A DNA stretch of 64,000 nucleotides from sequence record NC_049849.1; one strand, 5' to 3'. Shown here in pieces: positions 1-9,780 of this stretch. Made by a program: the position numbers and the translations under genes. Below the pieces are notes generated by a model. That model did no database searches and was not told the DNA's origin. It was given only the letters and a program-made list of their open reading frames with translations. Every line of letters starts with the position of its first letter. Position 1 is the first letter of the stretch.

Positions 1-5
1 TAATC

Positions 6-1064
6 ATGCAAGCAAAGATTGAATCGGCTTCGATTCAGGATGCGCTCAAGACGGTTCTCCGTCTAGCGGCCCCGGCTTCCGGTAACATCACCCTCGACGT
101 ACAAGACAAAATCTATCTGCGGTCGTTCGGTGAGCTGAATCAGTGCCACGTCAAGCTGCCCGGTACGCCCAAAGGCAAGGCATCGTTTTCGATCCCTGCT
201 ACTACCCTGCAAGATGCAGTCAAGGGTCGCAAGGAAGTCAGCCTCGAGTTCAAGAATACCATGCTGAATATCACGGCTGGTTCTTACAAGGCTGACTTGG
301 CGACCGTTGACGCCATCATGCTCGAAGCTCCGCAATCCGAAGGCAAGCCGGAGGTCGTCAAGATTTCCGGCGAGCAAGCTCAGTGGCTGAAGCAAGCTGT
401 GACCGCAGTGAGTCTCAAGCCTAACGTTATCGTGTCGGCGTTCATGCCGTGCGGTATCAAGCTGACGAAGAAAGGCGCGTATGTCGCTTGTTTCGATTCG
501 ACCCACATGGCATTCATCAAGTCGAAGGAAATCACGGGTGACTGCGAATTCGTGCTGCCGTTGGACACGGTGCAAGCTGTGCTCGATATCTTCGCGCACT
601 CCGACTTCACGATGGAAATCTCGACTTCGAACATCCGCGTTAAGAACAAGGTCGCTCAGGTGATCTTGGCTGTGCCGGAACTCGATCAAGGTCTGCCGAA
701 GCTGACTCAGGTTATCTCGACCTCTGAGGAAGCGATCGCTGCGAAGGGCAAGTCGATTGAAGTACCGCGGCAAGACCTGCTTGCATTCCTCGACAACAGC
801 CGAGCGGTTGCAATCAAGGAACGCGCTGAGATTGAATGCTCGGCGAAGGAAACGAAAGTGCAGTTCGCAATGAAGACTGCGAACGGCAATACCAAGGTCA
901 CTCTGGACTGCAAGGCTAAGGCCGTGTCGTTCAAGGTTGACTTTGAACAGTTTGACGAAGTGGTCCGCAAGTCTGGCGACGCCGTTAGCATCCGCGTGGT
1001 GAATGGTGCTTTCCTTCTTGCTCAGACTCCCAAGACGGTAATGATCGTTGGTTTGAATCAGTAG
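6..1064 (+). CDS. dnaN: DNA polymerase sliding clamp (beta-clamp-like)
   Basis: 352 aa, the size of a beta clamp. Three-domain alternating beta/alpha pattern; 'GIKLTKKGAYVACFDSTHMAF' resembles the DnaN ATDGHRL segment; replication context. Confidence 0.65.
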   Translation: MQAKIESASIQDALKTVLRLAAPASGNITLDVQDKIYLRSFGELNQCHVKLPGTPKGKASFSIPATTLQDAVKGRKEVSLEFKNTMLNITAGSYKADLATVDAIMLEAPQSEGKPEVVKISGEQAQWLKQAVTAVSLKPNVIVSAFMPCGIKLTKKGAYVACFDSTHMAFIKSKEITGDCEFVLPLDTVQAVLDIFAHSDFTMEISTSNIRVKNKVAQVILAVPELDQGLPKLTQVISTSEEAIAAKGKSIEVPRQDLLAFLDNSRAVAIKERAEIECSAKETKVQFAMKTANGNTKVTLDCKAKAVSFKVDFEQFDEVVRKSGDAVSIRVVNGAFLLAQTPKTVMIVGLNQ

Positions 1065-1073
1065 CATACACAA

Positions 1074-1445
1074 ATGATAGTCTCACAGAATCTCGATAGC
1101 GGTTTGTTCTACACGATGGATTGCGGATACCTGTTGCCCCTTCAAGACTTGACGCAGGGGCAAGAGCTCCGCTTTGAGCCTATGGCGGCGAACTCGTCCA
1201 TGCTTGAAATGGAAAAGGTGTTGATCGGTGATCAGGTGGTAGGCATGAACTTCAAGTCGGGGTTCCAGACTGTCAACAAGCATACCTACATCCTGGTAGC
1301 CAGTGCACAAGCGCAGAAGGCAGAGAACTACTCCGTACTCTTTCGTAGTGAAGACGTGGCGGTGTACAACTTCCCGAATCGCGGGTGCCTGGCCATCAGT
1401 ACCAAGTTGTCTCCGATGGTACGTACCTTTGTGAAGGAGCAATGA
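1074..1445 (+). CDS. hypothetical protein
   Basis: 123-aa ORF tightly packed in the operon, phage-like codon usage. Confidence 0.55.
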   Translation: MIVSQNLDSGLFYTMDCGYLLPLQDLTQGQELRFEPMAANSSMLEMEKVLIGDQVVGMNFKSGFQTVNKHTYILVASAQAQKAENYSVLFRSEDVAVYNFPNRGCLAISTKLSPMVRTFVKEQ

Positions 1446-1771
1446 TGTGCAATGACCAAACTGAAAATTACCCGGAACCGCTAGGGCATTTCCAAGAGGG
1501 TCAGTGGTGGATCAACGAGTTGGATGCGTGGGCCAAGCAGCCCGGAACTACCGATGATCAAAAGCGCGCAGTGGCAGTCGTGCATCACATGCTGCGCAGT
1601 GCTAGAGCTTATGAACTAGCGCATCCGAAACAAGACCTGAATCATACTCTTGCTGCCCTGCACCGTGCTCTGTACGTTGACCAGCTTTCGTTGCCAGCGG
1701 AATTGCAATTGACCGAAGAGCAATACTGGAAGCTGGTCGAAGATTACAACCGAGGTGTTAAGGATGAGTGA
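1442..1771 (+). CDS. hypothetical protein
   Basis: ATGA overlap with the upstream stop; start refined to 1442 within ORF 1385..1771. Confidence 0.55.
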   Translation: MMCNDQTENYPEPLGHFQEGQWWINELDAWAKQPGTTDDQKRAVAVVHHMLRSARAYELAHPKQDLNHTLAALHRALYVDQLSLPAELQLTEEQYWKLVEDYNRGVKDE

Positions 1772-2006
1772 TCCTGACAACACCGACCCCGGTCCTATCG
1801 TCAGCAGGCTGTTCAACAAGCACGAGACGCTGGAAGACTTCGCAGAGGAAATCGAGCGGCTGATGCTTGAAGAGCAGAACGATCCTACGCGTACCAAGCC
1901 GTGGACGGTCAGGAGCCGTACTGAAACGGCGGACCGCACCATTACGATCCTGGAAGACCCGAACGACCCCAACATTACAATGCGCATAGAACGCATGGAG
2001 CTCTGA
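1764..2006 (+). CDS. hypothetical protein
   Basis: Acidic 80-aa ORF coupled to both neighbours. Confidence 0.5.
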   Translation: MSDPDNTDPGPIVSRLFNKHETLEDFAEEIERLMLEEQNDPTRTKPWTVRSRTETADRTITILEDPNDPNITMRIERMEL

Positions 2007-2527
2007 TGGCAAGCCTAGTTGAAGTACTCAAGGCCGATCCTGAGTACAAGAAATTCCGGCGCATCTTCAAGACCATTAGTGGTCGCTTGAAGCTCGAGCG
2101 GGATCGCAAGGAAGTTACGGATATGCACTCAAGCCGTGAGATTCATTCGCTCTACGGCAAGGCGCAGTACAATCCGAACAAGCTGTACTCAGCACAAATG
2201 AATGATGCGCGTAATCGTGCGCGCATGACAAAGATTCGTCAGTCGATTGAAGAGCAGTATGATCTGCTGCATCGTGCGACCAAAGCCTTCCGGCAGTATG
2301 CGCTCGCGTACTACAAGGACGAGCTGAAGCCGTACTCGAATCAGCAGCAGCGCATGGCCGTTATCGAACGAGTCATGGTCAAGGCTTTGGACTTGGAGAG
2401 CGAGTGCGAGAACGTCATCAAGCACATCGACCGCTACATTCAAGACTTGGACCAAGCGAGCTACACGTACTCGAATACAACCAAGATTCTCGAACTCCTA
2501 CTGAACAACAAGGGTAAGACCATATGA
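2006..2527 (+). CDS. hypothetical helical protein
   Basis: 173 aa, predicted all-helical/coiled-coil, coupled start/stop. Confidence 0.6.
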   Translation: MASLVEVLKADPEYKKFRRIFKTISGRLKLERDRKEVTDMHSSREIHSLYGKAQYNPNKLYSAQMNDARNRARMTKIRQSIEEQYDLLHRATKAFRQYALAYYKDELKPYSNQQQRMAVIERVMVKALDLESECENVIKHIDRYIQDLDQASYTYSNTTKILELLLNNKGKTI

Positions 2528-2889
2528 GCGACCCCATCGTAATTTGGAAAGCTGGCGAGTCCGTGTTTACTCAAGGTATGATTCTGGATCATGACGTGGT
2601 GATGCCACGCGACAAGTTTGAAGCTATCGAATCCCAGTACACCGTGATTGAAGATGGCGACAACTTCTGGAAGTGGCCAGTGCGTGACTTCCTCGGCATG
2701 CTGTCTCTGGCTGCCAAGTGCAGACTGACGGGCTTGACTGACGATGAAGCTGTAGCAGTTTTCATGCAGTTCCCTGATAGCCTCCATAAGCGGTTCGTAT
2801 GGTTTCATACGCCATCCCGTAAATACGAGGCCAATAAGCACCTACTGAAATGCCAAGCTGAGATTGATGCCTACTCGGTACCAGCATAA
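2524..2889 (+). CDS. hypothetical protein
   Basis: ATGA-coupled 121-aa ORF. Confidence 0.55.
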   Translation: MSDPIVIWKAGESVFTQGMILDHDVVMPRDKFEAIESQYTVIEDGDNFWKWPVRDFLGMLSLAAKCRLTGLTDDEAVAVFMQFPDSLHKRFVWFHTPSRKYEANKHLLKCQAEIDAYSVPA

Positions 2890-2910
2890 CCACACTACTG
2901 GAAGATACAC

Positions 2911-2942
2911 AATGCCCGGCGCCTCGATTGGTCCCGGGCATT
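2911..2942 (+). terminator. stem-loop, possible intrinsic terminator
   Basis: AATGCCCGG ... CCGGGCATT inverted repeat in an intergenic gap, short T tail. Confidence 0.4.
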
Positions 2943-2955
2943 TGTCATTCGTGCA

Positions 2956-4530
2956 ATGGAAAAAATAGTCAAGATTTACAAGCGCGAGGCATTCCTCATC
3001 AAGAGCTCGCAAATCAAGCGAGACGTGCGGGAAGACATAGAACGCAACTTCACCTTCCGGTTCTATGAGCAGAAAGCGTGCGACAAGTGCGAGTTCGTAG
3101 CCGATAGGTTCGACGAGGATACGTGCGGCAGTTGTCCTGCGTATCTCGGCGGCGCCTTGATGGCCAAGAACATCAAGATCAAAGAGAACAAGTTCATTAC
3201 CACGCCGATTGGCAATCGCAAACTCCTAGTCAAGACTCTGGCAGAGCATGGGTACGAGGCCAAGTTCGTTTCCAAGCATCCGAAGAAAGAGGATACGGCG
3301 TTCAAGCGCCCCTTCAAGTTCACGGGTAAGCTGCGTGACTTCCAACCTGCAGCCGTGAGTGCGTTGATCGAAGGTCAACGCGGAGTACTGAAGGCTCGCC
3401 CACGTTCAGGCAAGACCGTTATGTCCACGGCTGCTATCTGCAAGGTCGGCAAGAAGACTTTGATCTTGGCCAGCCAGCACGATTGGTTGGTCGGCTTCTA
3501 TGAAACCTTCTGCGGTTCCAAGACTCAAGACCCATTGACTACAGCGCGGGGGTCTGGCGTCACGGCGGCCGAACGTCGAAAGTACTTCAAGGAGAAGAAG
3601 CGGGCCAACGTTGGCTTCTGCAAGACCTTGGAAGACTTCAAGCGTCATGACGTATGCTTGGCTACGGTGCAGACGTTTCGCAGCGAGGGTGGCCAGAAGC
3701 TGTTGCGCAAGATTCGTGATATGTTCCACGTCCTGGTCATTGACGAAGTACACTACTCGGCCGCTCCGAACTACGCTAAGGCTATCTCCAAGCTGAACGT
3801 CAAATACTGTTGGGGTTTGTCGGGTACTCCGACTCGCAAGGACCAACGGCATTCGATCATGCACAATCTGATTGGTCCGATCTTGTTTGAGCCGAAGATC
3901 GAATCGCTCAGACCTGCAATCGCATTGGTCAAGACAGACTTCACCGATCCGCGCAAACAGGCGCAGTGGTCCAGTCTCGTAAATAAACTAGAATCCGACC
4001 CTAAGCGGTTGAAGCTGATTGCCAAGTGGGCAGTGAAGGACATTGAGAACGGCCACATGGTGCTCCTGCCATTCGCACGTATCAAGGTCATCAAGGCCGT
4101 GGTCATGGCGATCAATAAGATCGCGGGTAAGAAAGTCGCCGAGGAGTTTCACGGCAGCGTTAAGAAGGAAAAGCGTACCGAGCTGATTGAGGCGGCCCGT
4201 AAGTACAAGGTCAAGTGCTTGGTAGGCCAGGCCAAGCTGCTGTCGACCGGCATCAACATCCCCCGCGCATCGTGCATCTATGACGTGACGTTCAGTTCCA
4301 ACAAAGAGAACTGCGAACAGCGCGTGGCGCGTATCCTCACTCCGTACGATGGAAAGCCCACGCCGTTGCTCCGCATCTTTATGGACAACACTGGTGTGCG
4401 GCGCGGATGTTTGCGAACAGAGTTCTGGCAGTGCATCAAGCCCAAGTTCAATCCGATATGGAAGGGCGACGATCAAGAGTTGTTCATCAACTACTTGTCG
4501 AACAAAGATAAGGACATGGAAAAATGGTAA
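2956..4530 (+). CDS. superfamily 2 DNA helicase (UvsW/XPB-like)
   Basis: Q-motif LRDFQ, Walker A ARPRSGKT, DEVH, SGT, LLSTGINIP, QRVARI; N-terminal CxxC...CxxC. Confidence 0.85.
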   Translation: MEKIVKIYKREAFLIKSSQIKRDVREDIERNFTFRFYEQKACDKCEFVADRFDEDTCGSCPAYLGGALMAKNIKIKENKFITTPIGNRKLLVKTLAEHGYEAKFVSKHPKKEDTAFKRPFKFTGKLRDFQPAAVSALIEGQRGVLKARPRSGKTVMSTAAICKVGKKTLILASQHDWLVGFYETFCGSKTQDPLTTARGSGVTAAERRKYFKEKKRANVGFCKTLEDFKRHDVCLATVQTFRSEGGQKLLRKIRDMFHVLVIDEVHYSAAPNYAKAISKLNVKYCWGLSGTPTRKDQRHSIMHNLIGPILFEPKIESLRPAIALVKTDFTDPRKQAQWSSLVNKLESDPKRLKLIAKWAVKDIENGHMVLLPFARIKVIKAVVMAINKIAGKKVAEEFHGSVKKEKRTELIEAARKYKVKCLVGQAKLLSTGINIPRASCIYDVTFSSNKENCEQRVARILTPYDGKPTPLLRIFMDNTGVRRGCLRTEFWQCIKPKFNPIWKGDDQELFINYLSNKDKDMEKW

Positions 4531-5201
4531 CGAAGAAGCAAGACTCCAAGGCTGCGAAGAAAGCAGTCAAGCAAGCGAAGCCCGAGAAGAAGACCGTGAA
4601 GCCTGCAGCGCCTGCGCACGTTGAGCTGCCGACCAAGATCGAAATCAAGACCAAGCACCCTCTGATCCCTGGCTACGTATTCCGGCAAGCTCCCTTCAAG
4701 TGGGACCCGATCATCTTTTCCCTTGAGTCGGAGAAGCTGAAGTCAGCGTTGATCGAACCCGCTGGTCAAGACGAATCGCTTGAGCTGTTCCTGAACAGTC
4801 CGATGGCTCCAATGCTCTACTCGGTGTCCGGTGCTCCTGATGATGCGAAAGCTTTGTACTTCGCAGCGTATCTCATGGCGCATCACATCAAGCACGTGCC
4901 GAACGCTAACCCGGTCTGGCATTCTCTGTATGGCGGCTTCAGCAATCCGCTACTCGACAAGGCGCGGGACGGAAACCTCTTGCCGTCCATGTTGATTCTC
5001 ACGAATCTTACTCCGACCTCTACGGGTTCGAAGCTGGAGAAGGCACGCGATCTGCTGACGCACTTCCAAAACATTCCGCGCATCGTGGTGTCGGCGGGTA
5101 TCGATCCTATCTCTTTCTTCGCCACGTCGCTGCACCTTCCGGTCAACGGCTTTGCATATTTCAGTGAAGCCCTCATCAAGTCACGAGTCGAGATTTACTA
5201 A
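4524..5201 (+). CDS. hypothetical; possible degenerate DnaC/IstB-like helicase loader with Lys/Ala-rich N-terminus
   Basis: Directly upstream of DnaB. Spacing SVSGAPDDAKA / MLILTNL / RIVVSAG mimics an AAA+ core lacking the catalytic residues. Confidence 0.4.
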   Translation: MVTKKQDSKAAKKAVKQAKPEKKTVKPAAPAHVELPTKIEIKTKHPLIPGYVFRQAPFKWDPIIFSLESEKLKSALIEPAGQDESLELFLNSPMAPMLYSVSGAPDDAKALYFAAYLMAHHIKHVPNANPVWHSLYGGFSNPLLDKARDGNLLPSMLILTNLTPTSTGSKLEKARDLLTHFQNIPRIVVSAGIDPISFFATSLHLPVNGFAYFSEALIKSRVEIY

Positions 5202-6551
5202 ATGAGTCGCGTCAAAGTTTCAAGTCCAAGAGTTGAGACCGCTGTACTACGTGGCATGTGCCACAAGGACTTGGCTGTCAGCGGTACTCTAGTGTCCAGC
5301 ATGGATACGTCGTACTTCAGTTCTGAAATCACGACGGAGATTTTTGAGTACATTCGTGAGGCGTTCCATCAAGACGGCAAGAGCCCGCGATACAAAGTCT
5401 TGTTGGAAGACCCCAGCCTAAGCAAGGCTGCTCGGCAGTACCTGCGTGACTCCGAAGGTTCGATTGACTCGAAGAGCGATGCAAAGAAGGCCATCAAGGT
5501 CCTGAGCAAGTATCGTCAAATTCGTGAGATTGCAAACCTCGCACACTACCTGTCTGATTCTATCCAAGAGGATAAGCCGGACATGGAAGAAATGATGGAC
5601 AAGGCAACGCAGATGCTGGCGACGGCACGCGCTACCAAGTCCAGCAAAGATGACTTCGTTCACTTTGGTAAGAAGTCGACTTCGAAAGAACTGGTCAATG
5701 AACTACTCTTCAGCAAGAAGTCTGAACGTGTGATTCCTTCGGGGTTCCAGACGTATGACTCAGTCTCTGGTGGGTTCTTGCGCGGGTCGCTGTTCACCAT
5801 CGGCGGTACGTCGGGTGGCGGTAAGTCGCAGCTGGCATCCTCTATGGCAGTCAGCTTCTGCGAGCGTGGGTTTCGAGTAGTAGTCGTGCCTCTTGAAATG
5901 GGCAAGAGCGACATGCTGGCTCGTATGATGGCCAAGGTCTGCAAATTCGACTCGGGTCGCTTGCTTAAAGAAGACCTGCCCCTCGACATTGCAAAGAAGC
6001 TGGCAAAGAAATTCGCCAAGTGGGAAGCCAAGTGTGCCGAGAATGGCGGACGTTATACGATCTACAAGCCGCCTGGCGATCCGTACATTGAGGATATCTA
6101 CGCCGCGGTAGCTCCCCTCAAAGCCGACGTTCGCGTCATCGACTATATCTCGTTGACCAAAGAGCGCCAAGGCGTTGACCAATGGAAGAAGCTCGGTCAG
6201 GATTCGCGTTACGGCAAGATTGATGCTGAAGCGAATCAATGCGTAAATATCCAGTTGTGTCAGATTAGCGAGGAAGGCAAGGTGAAGTACTCGTCGGCGA
6301 TCAAGGAACACTCCAGTGATGCTTGGTTCTTCGTTGCTACCGATGAGACGAAAGAGCAGGGCATCATTCGCATCACGCAGGAAAAGTCACGTAACGGCAA
6401 TGGCTTCCCGTTCACGCTGGGTATCTCTTATGAGCACTCGGACGTGTACGACTTGGAAGACTGGGACCAGAACCAACCACGCAACGCACTAGGTAACACT
6501 GAAGCTCAAGAGCAAGAGCTCAAAAACTTCAGCAATCAAGCGGACGTTTAA
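5202..6551 (+). CDS. dnaB: replicative DnaB-like helicase
   Basis: Walker A GGTSGGGKS, VPLEM, Walker B VIDYISL, QLCQI, ITQEKSRNG; N-terminal helical domain. Confidence 0.85.
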   Translation: MSRVKVSSPRVETAVLRGMCHKDLAVSGTLVSSMDTSYFSSEITTEIFEYIREAFHQDGKSPRYKVLLEDPSLSKAARQYLRDSEGSIDSKSDAKKAIKVLSKYRQIREIANLAHYLSDSIQEDKPDMEEMMDKATQMLATARATKSSKDDFVHFGKKSTSKELVNELLFSKKSERVIPSGFQTYDSVSGGFLRGSLFTIGGTSGGGKSQLASSMAVSFCERGFRVVVVPLEMGKSDMLARMMAKVCKFDSGRLLKEDLPLDIAKKLAKKFAKWEAKCAENGGRYTIYKPPGDPYIEDIYAAVAPLKADVRVIDYISLTKERQGVDQWKKLGQDSRYGKIDAEANQCVNIQLCQISEEGKVKYSSAIKEHSSDAWFFVATDETKEQGIIRITQEKSRNGNGFPFTLGISYEHSDVYDLEDWDQNQPRNALGNTEAQEQELKNFSNQADV

Positions 6552-9500
6552 ATGCTAGATAAACAGTTCAAGTACAAGATTCCTGACCACGACGAGAAGT
6601 CGTACCAGCTGTCATTGAGTCGCTGTTCCAACTGGAGCAGTGGCAAGGAGCGTACTCTGATCGTATTGCAGACCGTGCCGACTGAGAGTCTGTCGAGCGG
6701 TGTGCTGATGAGCAAAGGCTTGGTGGCGAACACCATCAAGAACTGCATCAACTTCTCGAAGGAGAATGCCAAGAAGCATTACGGTGTCAGCTTCAACAGC
6801 ACGTATGCGGTCGTTAACTTCAACAATCGCAAGCACATGCACCTCAAAGGCCAAGGCCGTCAGGATGCAGAGGTTGAGTTCGGCAAGCGGCTGAAGAGCA
6901 TCATCAAAGACTTGAAGCCGACGCGCATCTTGGTGTCTGGTGATATCGCAGCCGAGCAACTCCTTGCTATTGAAAACCTGGAGTTCAAGCGCGGCTGGAT
7001 TCACGACTACAAGGGCATGACTGTCGTCAATACGCTGGACTTGGATCAGCTGCTGGCGAAGGGCGGTGCTCTTGCAAACCTGCTGGGCTATTGGACGCGT
7101 CACCTTACCAATCTGATGATCGGTAAGAACCCGTTCGATCTGTCGAAGCTCAAGGCTACGGCAATCTATGTAGACACGATTGAGAAGTTTGACCGCATGA
7201 TGGTTCGGTTGAAGAAGGCATCCGAGATTGCCATCGACACTGAAACCAAGAACCTGTCAGTCCTGCATAACAAAATCTATACGATCCAGTTTGCGACTGA
7301 TATCAATCCCGACGAGGGATTCGTGCTGCCGCTATGGCATCCGAAGACTCCCTGGTCGAAAGAAGACCTCAAGTACATTCGCAAGACGCTGCGAGCATTC
7401 CTGTTGAACAAGCATCCGAATGATGCCATGTTTGTGTACTTCAATGGGATGTTTGACTTGCGCATCATGCGTCAGCAGTTCAAGATTCCGATTCTGCGTC
7501 AGCGCACTTGGGAAATCACAGCGGGCGAACACTTGCTCGATGAGAACACCAAGGACTTGAAGAACTGCGGCAAGAAGACGAAGATGAAAGGCTCGGGTTG
7601 CGGCCCTGGCGGTTTGCTGCACACCTATGCACGGTATGGCAACGACCACTACTTGACTGCGGACTTCTCGAAAGAGGAGCGCACGACCACGGGTAACATT
7701 GAACCGTCCGACAAGAACTTCCTGCTGTACGCGGCAACTGACGTTGTGGCATTGCTCGGCATTCGCAAGATGCAGCTCAAGGCAGCGGCCACATACGAAA
7801 TCGAGGGGAAGTCCTACAGGCCGTACTACGAGAAGCACGTCATTCACATGATGGGCTCGACGGCTCACCAGCTGTCGCACCTGATGAATGACGGCTCGTA
7901 CGTTGACACCAAGTACTTGAAGAAGTTGATCGGCAAGGCCTCGCCTCTGCTCAACGAAATCAACAAGGTGCTGGAGAAGATGCGCACGGTGCCGGCCTTC
8001 GTCGATGCCAACGCTCGCATTCTCGCAGCCAATGGCATCAAGGCCAAGTCGCTGTTCGGCGGTCCTGCTCAGTGGGCGTTCGCTCCGTCGAAGACTGCGC
8101 ATCTGCGCGTCCTATTCTTTGACGTGCTGGGGTTGGAATCTGTCGCAGAAACGAAGAGTGGTGCCCCTTCGACCGGCAAGGAATTCCTGAAGCACTACAA
8201 GTCTATTCCTGAAGTCGCGCTGTTCGCTGAATGGCAGAAGATGCAGAAGCTGCTTTCGACCTACGTGAAGGGCTGGGCTCGTCGCATGGGTAAGGACGAA
8301 GACTCATTGACCGATGACTTCATCCGCGCAGGCTATTCGTTCTTCGGCGTGAACACTGGTCGCTTGAACTCGCGTGATCCGAACTTCCAACAGATTCCGT
8401 CGCACGGCGATCTGGCGAAGATCATCAAGCGTCTGTTTATTGCGCCCAAGGGTCGACTCCTCATCCGTTATGACTATTCGGCACACGAAGTACGTGGCTG
8501 GTCGATCATTGCGAAGGACGAGGTACTGGCCAACGCATTCAGGGCAGGTCAGAAGCTGCGTCAGCAATGGATTCAAAGTCCGACTGACGAAGTGAAGAAG
8601 GAACTGAAGCAGAAGGGTGACATTCACATTCAGAACGTGTATCGATTCTGGAAGAAGTGGGTGGGCAAGGACGACCCGATGCGTCAAGCCGTTAAGGCTG
8701 TGGTGTTCGGCGTGCTGTACGGCAAGTCGGCAAAGAGCCTGGGTGTTGATATCGGCGCAGACGAGAAGGAAGCGCAAGCGATCATTGACAAGATGTTCTC
8801 TGAGTTCAAGATGGGTGCTCAGTGGACAAAGAAGATGAAGTCGTTGGCTGAGAACAAGTACTATGTGTACTCGATCATCGGCCGTCGTCGTAATCTCTAC
8901 GCAGGTCTGACTGGTGAGAAGGGAATCATTAGCCAGCAGATTCGTCGCGGGTCTAACGCTCCGATCCAAGGCTTCGCATCTGAAATCGGCATGAAGGCAG
9001 GCCGCATCATCACCGAGTACTACTATGATGACGTGCAAGCGCTGATGCAGAAGTTCGACCCTGACCTTGAGTACGAAGACATGGTGCTGCAAGCTAACCG
9101 CACGGTGCACGATGCGAACTACTACTCGGTGCCGTACTCGATGGTGATTCCATTTATCCACATGCTGCAGCACGGTGCGACGTACGGCGTGGCGCGACGC
9201 ATGGAGAAGGAGTTCGACTTCAAGTTCACGGTCGAGCCTGAAATCGAAATCGAAATCGGCGGACGTGACGACAAGACCTACAAGTGGGACTGGTCGTTGC
9301 CGAACCTGATTGAGTGCATCGAGAAGGCAGTGCATGACACGCACGACCTAGGTCAGCTTGATGGTACGCCGGCCGAGGTGATGGCGAAAATCATGGCTCC
9401 GTATCAAGACTCGAAAACTCGTAAATACCTGCAAGAGAAATATCCCCTGCTTGGTATCACGAAGCTTGAGCCGCAAATCAAATCGGCAGTACCTGACTAT

Positions 9501-9719
9501 CTCAAGCAGTTGGGTACGAAGGTAGATAAGATTTCGGCGCAGGTCGATGACTTGATTAAGCTCAACAAGAAAGCCAAGGACGGAATCTTGAAAGAGAAGG
9601 TCGATGGTAAGAAGGTTGAGCGAGACGTTGGCAAGGAACTGAAGCAGGCTGAAGCTAGTCATGCAGCAGCTCTTGACGATCATCGCAGGTTCAAAGCGTT
9701 GCAAAAGGAAATGGCATAA
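6552..9719 (+). CDS. polA: family A DNA polymerase with 3'-5' exonuclease and N-terminal UDG-like domain
   Basis: ExoI AIDTET, FNGMFDL, YAATD; TGRLNSRDPNFQQIP; motif A YDYSAHEVR; motif B RQAVKAVVFGVLYG; NAPIQG; motif C TVHDA. Confidence 0.92.
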   Translation: MLDKQFKYKIPDHDEKSYQLSLSRCSNWSSGKERTLIVLQTVPTESLSSGVLMSKGLVANTIKNCINFSKENAKKHYGVSFNSTYAVVNFNNRKHMHLKGQGRQDAEVEFGKRLKSIIKDLKPTRILVSGDIAAEQLLAIENLEFKRGWIHDYKGMTVVNTLDLDQLLAKGGALANLLGYWTRHLTNLMIGKNPFDLSKLKATAIYVDTIEKFDRMMVRLKKASEIAIDTETKNLSVLHNKIYTIQFATDINPDEGFVLPLWHPKTPWSKEDLKYIRKTLRAFLLNKHPNDAMFVYFNGMFDLRIMRQQFKIPILRQRTWEITAGEHLLDENTKDLKNCGKKTKMKGSGCGPGGLLHTYARYGNDHYLTADFSKEERTTTGNIEPSDKNFLLYAATDVVALLGIRKMQLKAAATYEIEGKSYRPYYEKHVIHMMGSTAHQLSHLMNDGSYVDTKYLKKLIGKASPLLNEINKVLEKMRTVPAFVDANARILAANGIKAKSLFGGPAQWAFAPSKTAHLRVLFFDVLGLESVAETKSGAPSTGKEFLKHYKSIPEVALFAEWQKMQKLLSTYVKGWARRMGKDEDSLTDDFIRAGYSFFGVNTGRLNSRDPNFQQIPSHGDLAKIIKRLFIAPKGRLLIRYDYSAHEVRGWSIIAKDEVLANAFRAGQKLRQQWIQSPTDEVKKELKQKGDIHIQNVYRFWKKWVGKDDPMRQAVKAVVFGVLYGKSAKSLGVDIGADEKEAQAIIDKMFSEFKMGAQWTKKMKSLAENKYYVYSIIGRRRNLYAGLTGEKGIISQQIRRGSNAPIQGFASEIGMKAGRIITEYYYDDVQALMQKFDPDLEYEDMVLQANRTVHDANYYSVPYSMVIPFIHMLQHGATYGVARRMEKEFDFKFTVEPEIEIEIGGRDDKTYKWDWSLPNLIECIEKAVHDTHDLGQLDGTPAEVMAKIMAPYQDSKTRKYLQEKYPLLGITKLEPQIKSAVPDYLKQLGTKVDKISAQVDDLIKLNKKAKDGILKEKVDGKKVERDVGKELKQAEASHAAALDDHRRFKALQKEMA

Positions 9720-9732
9720 GCCATTCCTCACT

Positions 9733-9764
9733 AGCGGGACTGCCTAAGCGGTGGTCCCGCTTTT
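9733..9764 (+). terminator. rho-independent terminator
   Basis: AGCGGGAC...GTCCCGCT stem followed by a T-run, just after the polA stop. Confidence 0.7.
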
Positions 9765-9780
9765 ACCCATTGAGGTGTTC

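Noticed and set aside
2006-2527. UvsY-like recombination mediator call
   Set aside because: Supported only by size, helicity and proximity to the helicase; no recognisable motif, so left hypothetical.
6552-9719. 2-aminoadenine (Z-genome) system, suggested by a family A polymerase plus dNTPase-like genes
   Set aside because: No PurZ or DatZ is recognisable in the window, and the modification genes present are deazaguanine-type.
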